Positions 6,164 through 13,035 of a stretch of 13,035 bases of DNA are shown piece after piece. Source of the stretch: Anaerolineae bacterium. Its GTDB lineage: Bacteria; Chloroflexota; Anaerolineae; S140-20. The position numbers and the translations under genes are program-made. The notes beneath the pieces were generated by a model that worked only from the letters and a program-made list of their open reading frames with translations, did not search any database and was not told the DNA's origin. How positions within the stretch are numbered: the first letter of the stretch is position 1; the number at the start of each line of letters is the position of its first letter. Location of the stretch: the NCBI GenBank assembly GCA_027021705.1, contig JALUTT010000051.1, positions 1-13,035 on the forward strand, in the 5' to 3' direction.

Positions 6164-9100
6164 AGCGCTTCCTCGATTGCGCCGCTACCTGCCCGATCGC
6201 CTCTGGGCCCGCTGGCAGCAGGGCGACACGGCGCCCGGCCTGGCCCACCTCCAGGCGGTCCTGCGGGCCGTGCTGACCGGCCTGCCCCGCCGCGTCGCCC
6301 AGGCGCGGCTGGCCGATCCGAAGGGGCCTGCCGTCGCCGGCGCCTTCGCCCAGGCCACCCTCCTCTTCGCCGACATCGCCGGCTTCACCGCTATGTCGGA
6401 GCGGCTCGGCCAACTGGGCCGCGAAGGGGCCGAGGTGATCACCGGCATCGTCAACGCCTACTTCGCCGCTATGCTGGAGATCATCGCCCGCCACGGCGGC
6501 GACCTCCTCAAGTTCGGCGGCGACGCCCTCCTCGTCGCCTTCGAGGGCGACGAGGGAGCCGTGCGAGGCTGTCGGGCTGCCCTGGAGATGCAACAGGCGA
6601 TGGACCGCTTCGCCGTGGTCGAAACGCCCCAGGGCACCTTCCACCTGCAGATGACGGCAGGGCTGGGCACAGGCCCCCTCTTCCTCGCCAGCCTCGGCTC
6701 CCCCGACCGGCTGGAGTTCGCCGTGATGGGGCCGGTCCTGGAACAGATGGCCCGCGCCGAGGACCTGGCCCGGGCCGGTGAGGTCGTCGTGGACCGGGCC
6801 ACCCGCGAGGCCGCCGGCGCGACGCTCGCCGTCCAGGACGCGCCCCCCGGCTTCTACCGCCTCACCGCCGTCGCCCCCCCACCCTTCCCCCTCGCCAGCC
6901 CACCCCCGCCTTGGCCCGACCTGCCCGCCGACGCCCGCTGGCTGCTCGAACGGCTCGACGCCCTCACCCCCTACCTCCCGGCCGGCGTCCTGGAGCGCAT
7001 CGTCGCCTCCCCCGGCGGGTGGATGATCGAAGGGGAGCACCGCCTGGTCACCGTCCTCTTCGCCAACTTCTACGGCATCAACGCCATCATCCAGGCCCTC
7101 GGCCCCGACCGGGCCGACGAGATCACGGCGATCCTCAACGACCACTTCACGGTGATGCGCGACATCGTCCACCGCTATGGTGGCATCGTCAACAAAGTGG
7201 ACACCTACGCCGTGGGCTACCGCATCATGGCCCTCTTCGGTGCCCCCATCGCCCACGAGGACGACCCCGCCCGCGCCGTCCACGCCGCCCTGGAGATGCA
7301 AGAGGCGATGAGGGCCTTCACCAGCCTCGCCACCAGCGGCGGGCGCTTCTCCCTCAAGCAGCGGATCGGTATCAATACCGGCTACGTCTTCGCCGGCACC
7401 CTGGGCTCCGCCCTGCGCCAGGAGTACTCGGTGATGGGCGACGAGGTCAACCTCACCTCCCGCCTGATGGGGGTCGCCGCCGAGGGGCAGGTGCTCATCA
7501 GCCAGGCCACCGCCCGGCGGGTGGCCGGGCTCTTCGAGTGGCGGGAGCAGAGGCCGGTGAAGGTCAAGGGCAAACGGCTGCCCGTGCGCACCTATTGGGT
7601 CCGTCGAGGTGTCGTGGGCCGGGTGGAGTGGGCCACCTTCCGGGGTGGCTTCTTCGGACGCCGGGAGGAGATGGCGAAGGCCCAGGCGCTGGTGGAGGCG
7701 GCCCTGAACGGTCAGGGGGCCGTGCTCGACATCGCCGGCGACCCGGGCGTGGGCAAGACGCGCCTGGTGGCCGAACTGAGCCTCTACGCCGGCCGGCGGG
7801 GCATGACCACCCTGCGCGGGGCCGCCGTCTCCTACGGACGCAGCCTCCCCTACCTGCCCTGGACCCCCATCCTGCGGGCGCTGTTGGGGATCACCGAGGG
7901 GAACGGGGAGGGCCGGAGGCAGCGGCGGGTCCGGCTCATCGCCGCCCTGGAGGAGGCCGGCCTCGCCGACTGGGCTCCCATCGTCGGCGAGGTCCTGGGC
8001 ATCGAGATCGCCGAGACCCCCCTCACGGCGTCGCTGGACCCCCGACTGCGCCAGCAGCGCTTCTTCGACGTCGTCCTCCAGTTGATCCAGCGGCGGGCCG
8101 AGCGCTCCCCGCTGCTGCTGGTGCTGGACGACGTGCAGTGGGCCGATGCCACCTCCCTGGACCTGATCGCCTACGTGGCCCGCAATGTCGCCACCTCCCC
8201 CCTCCTGCTCGTCGTCCTCCACCGCCCCGACCTGGAGGCCCCACCCTGGCAGGCCGTACCAAGCTGTCACCGGTTGCACCTGGAGGAGCTGGACGAAGAG
8301 GCCAGCCTGGCCCTGGCCCGCTCGGTTCTAGACGGCGACCTCTCCCCGCCCCTCCGCCGCCTCATCCTCGACCGGGCCCAGGGCAACCCCCTCTTCGTGG
8401 AGGAGGTGGCCCGGACGCTGAAGGAGTCGGGAGCCCTCCGGCGGGAGCCGGGGCCTGAGGGGAGGCCGCGCTGGACCCTCGCCGGCGAGGTCACCGGCGT
8501 CCAGGTGCCCACCACGCTGACCGGCCTGATCATGGGCCGTCTGGACCGGCTGGAGACGACGAACCGCCGCCTGCTCCAGGTGGCCTCGGTGATCGGCGTC
8601 GCCTTTCCCATCTCGGTGCTGGCCCGCATCTACCCCTACGACGATCTGGACGGGACGCTGGAGACCCGGCTGGCGGAGATGAGCCGCTTCGACCTGGTCG
8701 CCTTCGCTCCGCCCGACGAGTACACCTTCCGCCAGACGCTCACCCAGGAGGTGGCCTACGAGAGCCTCCCCTTCGCCCGGCGGCGGGAGCTCCACGTGCG
8801 GGTGGGGGAGGACCTGGAGCGCCGCTACGCGGGGGCGCTGGCCGAGCACTACGGCGTGCTGGCCCACCACTTCGAGCGGGGGCAGGTTTTCGAGAAGGCG
8901 TTCACCTACCTGGTCCGGGCCGGCGACCGGGCCCGGGCCGAGTTCGCCAATGAGGCGGCCCTGGACCACTACCGGCGTGCCCTGCGGATCGCCACCGAGC
9001 AGATCCCCCACGTTCCCCCGGTCCAGGCCCGGGTTCCCGACGTGCTGGAGGCGATGGGCGACATCTGCCTGCTGGTGGGCCGCTACGCCGAAGCCATCGA

Positions 9101-10301
9101 GCGCTTTCGGCAGGCGGCGGCCCATCCCCACGTTGCGGCCCGGCGGCGGGGAGACCTGCTGCGCAAGATCGCCCAGGCCCACGAGCGGCAGGGGCAGTAC
9201 GATGAGGCGCTGGACCGCCTGGACGAGGGCCGTCGAGTGCTCTCGGCGCGGGAGGAGGACTGGCGGAGTTCCGCGATGGCCCGCATCTACAACCTGATCG
9301 GGTGGGTGCGCATGCGCCGGGGGGAGATGGAGAAGGCGGTCGAGGCCTGTCGGCAGGGGCTGGCGATCCTGGCGGAGCTGCGGCGGGACCCGGCCCTCCT
9401 GCGGGACGAGGCGGACCTGTACAACACCCTGGGGGCGGTCTACGTCGGTCAGGGCAACTACTCCCAGGCCGCCGAGGTCTACCGGCGCAGCACCGAACTG
9501 CGGCAACAGGCCGGTGACCTGCCCGGCCTAGCCCGTTCCTACAACAACTTGGCCCGCATCGCCTGGGTCCAGGGCGACTTGGCAGGGGCGGAGGACTACC
9601 TCCGGCGCAGCATGGAGATCAGCCGGCGGATCGGCGACAACTACATGGTGGCCCTGGGCTACAACAACCTGGGCGCGGTCGCCTACACCCTCGGTCAGGT
9701 GGATCGGGCGCTGGAGCAGTACCGGGCCGCCCTGGCGCTGCGCCGGCGCATCGGCGACAGCTACGGGGCAGCCCAGACCTCCAGCAACATCGGCGAGGCC
9801 TACCTGCGGCTGGGCCGGTACGCCGAGGCCCGCCGCCATCTGGAGGAAGCCGCCCGCACCTTCGAGGCCATCCAGAGCGAGGGTGAGCTGCCCGAGGTCT
9901 ACTGCCTCCTGGCCCAGGTGGAGCTGGCCCAAGAGGACCCCGCCGCCGCCTTGGAGTACGCCGACCGGGCCCGCCGGATCGCCGAGGCCACGGGCAACCC
10001 CGAGTGGCAGGGCATCGCGGAGCGGGTCCTGGCCGAAGGGCAGATCCGGCGGGGGGAGAGCGCCCAAGCCCGCCGGGCCCTGGAGGCCAGCATCGCCCTC
10101 CTGGACCGGGCGGAGAACCCGCTGGAACTGGCCCGCAGCCACGAAGCGCTGGGCCGGCTCCTGCTGGAGGAGGCCGGCCAGGAAGGACGCGCCCGGGAGC
10201 ACCTGCGCCGGGCCGTGGAGCTCTTCACCGCCGCCGGGGCGGAGGAGGAAGCGGAAGAGGTGCGGAGAATCGCGACCCTCCCCTCTCCTCCACCCGGATG
10301 A
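6135..10301 (+). CDS. Tandem class III adenylate/guanylate cyclase domains + STAND (AAA_16-type) ATPase + TPR repeats; soluble-adenylyl-cyclase-like
   Basis: Cyclase 1: LLFADIAGFTAMSE...KFGGDALL. Cyclase 2: VTVLFANFYG...GIVNKVD...IGINTG.VFAG...EYSVMGDEVNLTSRLM. FFGRREE, Walker A GDPGVGKT (7737), Walker B LLLVLDDVQWAD, AQGNPLFVEE, C-terminal YNNLG-type TPRs. The start could alternatively be GTG 6147. Confidence 0.93.
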   Translation: MGKPVPLNPEALPRLRRYLPDRLWARWQQGDTAPGLAHLQAVLRAVLTGLPRRVAQARLADPKGPAVAGAFAQATLLFADIAGFTAMSERLGQLGREGAEVITGIVNAYFAAMLEIIARHGGDLLKFGGDALLVAFEGDEGAVRGCRAALEMQQAMDRFAVVETPQGTFHLQMTAGLGTGPLFLASLGSPDRLEFAVMGPVLEQMARAEDLARAGEVVVDRATREAAGATLAVQDAPPGFYRLTAVAPPPFPLASPPPPWPDLPADARWLLERLDALTPYLPAGVLERIVASPGGWMIEGEHRLVTVLFANFYGINAIIQALGPDRADEITAILNDHFTVMRDIVHRYGGIVNKVDTYAVGYRIMALFGAPIAHEDDPARAVHAALEMQEAMRAFTSLATSGGRFSLKQRIGINTGYVFAGTLGSALRQEYSVMGDEVNLTSRLMGVAAEGQVLISQATARRVAGLFEWREQRPVKVKGKRLPVRTYWVRRGVVGRVEWATFRGGFFGRREEMAKAQALVEAALNGQGAVLDIAGDPGVGKTRLVAELSLYAGRRGMTTLRGAAVSYGRSLPYLPWTPILRALLGITEGNGEGRRQRRVRLIAALEEAGLADWAPIVGEVLGIEIAETPLTASLDPRLRQQRFFDVVLQLIQRRAERSPLLLVLDDVQWADATSLDLIAYVARNVATSPLLLVVLHRPDLEAPPWQAVPSCHRLHLEELDEEASLALARSVLDGDLSPPLRRLILDRAQGNPLFVEEVARTLKESGALRREPGPEGRPRWTLAGEVTGVQVPTTLTGLIMGRLDRLETTNRRLLQVASVIGVAFPISVLARIYPYDDLDGTLETRLAEMSRFDLVAFAPPDEYTFRQTLTQEVAYESLPFARRRELHVRVGEDLERRYAGALAEHYGVLAHHFERGQVFEKAFTYLVRAGDRARAEFANEAALDHYRRALRIATEQIPHVPPVQARVPDVLEAMGDICLLVGRYAEAIERFRQAAAHPHVAARRRGDLLRKIAQAHERQGQYDEALDRLDEGRRVLSAREEDWRSSAMARIYNLIGWVRMRRGEMEKAVEACRQGLAILAELRRDPALLRDEADLYNTLGAVYVGQGNYSQAAEVYRRSTELRQQAGDLPGLARSYNNLARIAWVQGDLAGAEDYLRRSMEISRRIGDNYMVALGYNNLGAVAYTLGQVDRALEQYRAALALRRRIGDSYGAAQTSSNIGEAYLRLGRYAEARRHLEEAARTFEAIQSEGELPEVYCLLAQVELAQEDPAAALEYADRARRIAEATGNPEWQGIAERVLAEGQIRRGESAQARRALEASIALLDRAENPLELARSHEALGRLLLEEAGQEGRAREHLRRAVELFTAAGAEEEAEEVRRIATLPSPPPG

Positions 10302-10432
10302 GCGCCCGGCGCCGCCCTGCGCCGGCAACAGGGGAGACGGCCGGGGACGCTGCGTCGGCGCAGGGCGGGGCCCGCCTTTGGGAGGAGACCGAGGCCGCCG
10401 GCATCGAGCAAGGAGCAGATCGGAGGGCAGCC

Positions 10433-13035
10433 GTGCTTTCGCCCGAGGAGATCGAAGCCATCCTGAACCGCATCGCCGCTAGGGCCCACACCGAGGCCGA
10501 CCTGGTCGCGCTGCGCGGCCACCTGCTGCTCGACCCGGCCCGAAAGGTGGTGCAGGTCGGGAAGTACAACGTCTCCATCGAGCAGGGGCAAGACGTTTAT
10601 ATCGGCGACCGCATCGTCCAGGGGGCCAACGCGGAGACCTTGAGAGAGGCGCTGCAACAGCTCCTGGGCGAGGTCCGTCTCCGGCCTGGCGCCCCCTTCC
10701 AGGCCCCACCCCTGCCGTCCTATTTCGTTCCCCGCCCCGAGGTGAGTGACGGGCTCAAGGCCCAACTCCTGACCGGGAACGGCCACCCGGCCGGCGTCCT
10801 CGTCGTCAGCGCCATCCACGGCTTGGGCGGCATCGGCAAGTCCACCCTGGCCGCCGCCCTGGCCCGCGACCCCGACGTGCTGGCCCGCTTCCCCGACGGC
10901 GTCCTCTGGGCCACCCTGGGCCGGCAGCCGGACCTCCTCTCCCTGCTCTCCGGCTGGATCCAGGCCCTGGGCGATCGCGACTTCCGCCCCACCACGGCGG
11001 AGGCGGCCACCGCCCACCTGTGCACCCTGCTCCACGACAAGGCAGCCCTGCTGGTGGTGGACGACGCCTGGGAGTCGAACCACGTCCGACCCTTCCTCGC
11101 CGGAGGCGATCGGTGCCGGGTGCTGGTCACCACCCGCGAGGCGGTCATCGCCAGAACGGTGGGGGCCGACCTCTACAACCTGGACGTAATGACCCCGGAC
11201 CAGGCCCTCGCCCTGCTGGAGGGACGGTTGAGGCGGGACCTAACGGGGGAGGAGTGGGCCTCGGCGCGGGAACTGGCCCGCATCGTGGGCTACCTGCCGC
11301 TGGCGTTGGAGCTGGCGGCGGCCCAGGTCGCCGATGGCGTGCCGTGGGACGAGTTGATCGAGGAACTGAACGCCGAGATCGCCCACCTGGAGGCCCTGGA
11401 GCCGCCGGAGGCGGCGGAGGTGCGGGACGAACGGGAGCGGAAGCGCCTGAGCCTCAATGCCTCCTTCCACCTGAGCCTGCGGCGGCTGCCGGAGGGCAAG
11501 CGCGACTCCTTCGCCTGGCTGGGGGTGCTGCCGGAGGACGTGCGCCTCACGCCGGAGATGATGGCGACGGTGTGGGCGCTGGGGGTGCGGGAGGCGCGGG
11601 ACAGGCTGCGCTACCTGCGGAACAAGGCGCTGCTCCTGCCCGGCGCGCCCTTGCCCGACGGCACCCCCACCTATCGCCTGCACGACCTCCTCCACGACCT
11701 GGCCCGCCGCCTGCTGACCGCTCCGCCGGAGCCGGTCCGGGAGGGCGACCTGCCGGGGCTGGGGTTGACACTGCCGGAGGCCCACGCCCGCCTCCTGGAG
11801 CGGTACCAGGCGCGGACGCGGGACGGCCTGTGGTACACCCTCCCCGACGACGGCTACGTCCACGCTCACCTGACCTGGCACCTGGAGCAGGCGGGGCAGG
11901 TGGAAGCGATCCACGGCCTGCTGCGGGAGGAGACGCCAGAGGGACGCAACGGCTGGTACGAAGCGCGAGAGCGGCTGGGCCAGACGGCCGGCTACCTGGC
12001 CGACGTGGAGCGGACCTGGCGGCTGGCGGAAGAGGCCCTCCAATGCCGCTACGCCCTCATCGTCGCCTCCCTAAACGCCTTGGCCAAGAACATCCCCCCA
12101 GTCCTGATGTCCGCGCTGGTGAAAGCGGGCCTCTGGACCCCGGCGCAGGGGCTGGCCTACGCCCGGCAGGTGCCGGGCGCCGAGCAGCGGGCCGCAGCCC
12201 TGGCCGGCCTGGCCCCCCACCTGCCCCAAGACCTGCTGGCCCAGGCCCTGGCCGCCGCCCGCGAGATCCGGGATGCCGAAGCCCGCGCCAAAGCGCTGAC
12301 CGGCCTGGCCCCCCACCTGCCCCAAGACTTGCTGGCCCAGGCCCTGGCCGCCGCCCGCGAGATCCGAGATGCCGATGACCGCGCCGAAGCGCTGACCGGC
12401 CTGGCACCCCACCTGCCCCAAGACCTGCTGGCCGAGGCCCTGGCCGCCGCCCGCGAGATTGAGAATGCAAAGTACCGCGCCAAAGCGCTGACCGGCCTGG
12501 CCCCCCACCTGCCCCAAGACCTGCTGGCCCAGACCCTGGCCGCCGCCAGGGAGATCAGGGATGGGGCACTGCGGACCGAGGCACTGAGAGAGCTAGCTCC
12601 TCACCTGCCGGCACCTCTGCAAGACCAGGTCCTGCAAGAGGCCCTGGCCGCCGCCCGCGAGATTGAGAGTGGATGGCAGCGCGCCGAAGCGCTGACCGGC
12701 CTGGCCCCCCACCTGCCCCAAGACCTGCTGGCCGAGGCCCTGGCCGCCGCCCGCGAGATTGAGAATGCAAAGTACCGCGCCAAAGCGCTGACCGGCCTGG
12801 CCCCCCACCTGCCGGCACCTCTGCAAGACCAGGTCCTGCAAGAGGCCCTGGCCGCCGCCCGCGAGATTGAGAGTGGATGGCAGCGCGCCGAAGCGCTGAC
12901 CGGCCTGGCCCCCCACCTGCCCCAAGACCTGCTGGCCCAGACCCTGGCCGCCGCCCGCGAGATTGAGAGTGGATGGCAGCGCGCCGAAGCGCTGACCGGC
13001 CTGGCCCCCCACCTGCCCGAGGAACGACGCCCGGA
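10433..13035 (+). CDS. NLR-like protein, 3'-truncated by the window: EAD10-like N-terminal domain, NB-ARC ATPase, APAF-1-like helical region, C-terminal 32/36-aa helical repeats
   Basis: Not in the ORF track because there is no stop before the edge. Manual translation from GTG 10433 (GGAGG at 10422-10426): MLSPEEIEAILNRIAARAHTEADLVALR...VVQVGKYNVSIEQGQDVYIGDRIVQG...PFQAPPLPSYFVPRPE...AIHGLGGIGKSTLA (Walker A, 10820)...FPDGVLW...LLVVDDAW (Walker B)...RVLVTTR...GYLPLALE...YRLHDLLHD. An upstream in-frame ATG exists at 10298. Confidence 0.9.
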   Translation, partial: MLSPEEIEAILNRIAARAHTEADLVALRGHLLLDPARKVVQVGKYNVSIEQGQDVYIGDRIVQGANAETLREALQQLLGEVRLRPGAPFQAPPLPSYFVPRPEVSDGLKAQLLTGNGHPAGVLVVSAIHGLGGIGKSTLAAALARDPDVLARFPDGVLWATLGRQPDLLSLLSGWIQALGDRDFRPTTAEAATAHLCTLLHDKAALLVVDDAWESNHVRPFLAGGDRCRVLVTTREAVIARTVGADLYNLDVMTPDQALALLEGRLRRDLTGEEWASARELARIVGYLPLALELAAAQVADGVPWDELIEELNAEIAHLEALEPPEAAEVRDERERKRLSLNASFHLSLRRLPEGKRDSFAWLGVLPEDVRLTPEMMATVWALGVREARDRLRYLRNKALLLPGAPLPDGTPTYRLHDLLHDLARRLLTAPPEPVREGDLPGLGLTLPEAHARLLERYQARTRDGLWYTLPDDGYVHAHLTWHLEQAGQVEAIHGLLREETPEGRNGWYEARERLGQTAGYLADVERTWRLAEEALQCRYALIVASLNALAKNIPPVLMSALVKAGLWTPAQGLAYARQVPGAEQRAAALAGLAPHLPQDLLAQALAAAREIRDAEARAKALTGLAPHLPQDLLAQALAAAREIRDADDRAEALTGLAPHLPQDLLAEALAAAREIENAKYRAKALTGLAPHLPQDLLAQTLAAAREIRDGALRTEALRELAPHLPAPLQDQVLQEALAAAREIESGWQRAEALTGLAPHLPQDLLAEALAAAREIENAKYRAKALTGLAPHLPAPLQDQVLQEALAAAREIESGWQRAEALTGLAPHLPQDLLAQTLAAAREIESGWQRAEALTGLAPHLPEERRP
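12197..13020 (+). repeat. Intragenic 96/108-bp tandem repeats, near-identical at DNA level
   Basis: Unit starts at 12197, 12293, 12389, 12485, 12581, 12689, 12785, 12893 and 12989. Consensus ALTGLAPHLPQDLLAxALAAAREIxxxxxRAx. Confidence 0.96.

Noticed and set aside
5346..8279. 977-aa minus-strand ORF, and likewise 691-2589, 4030-4998, 8328-9506, 9899-11083 and 11240-12043
   Set aside because: Antisense shadows of well-supported + strand genes in high-GC DNA; no recognisable motifs.
11020..12378. 452-aa + strand Gly/Pro/Arg-rich ORF, also 6911-8458
   Set aside because: Off-frame shadows; the true frames encode the NB-ARC protein and the cyclase-STAND protein.
2807..13035. Diversity-generating retroelement acting on either repeat array
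   Set aside because: No reverse transcriptase in the window, no separate non-coding template repeat, and differences between units are not adenine-specific.

Overview
A GC-rich bacterial window with all real genes on the + strand. The gene content suggests a Chloroflexota-like organism, but this is inference only. It opens with about 0.6 kb of non-coding, repeat-built DNA: a 124-bp direct repeat, several 8-9-nt tandem motifs and a 37-bp imperfect inverted repeat. Eight genes follow: (1) a stand-alone P-loop/AAA+ ATPase; (2) an overlapping partner with an N-terminal alpha/beta domain and 47-aa TPR repeats; (3) an L-asparaginase preceded by a 7/8-nt tandem repeat; (4,5) an A/T-richer DUF6883-like + DUF4926-like pair; (6) a universal stress protein; (7) a 1388-aa double class III cyclase-STAND ATPase-TPR protein resembling soluble adenylyl cyclase; (8) an NLR-like gene absent from the ORF track because it runs off the window end. 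Gene 8 has an EAD10-like N-terminus, NB-ARC, a helical domain and 32/36-aa repeats with shuffled variable loops. Three NTPase-plus-repeat sensor architectures within 13 kb suggest an innate-immunity or signalling cluster. The most novel-looking parts are the split ATPase + TPR pair and the recombining repeat arrays. All family names come from motif recognition, not database searches.
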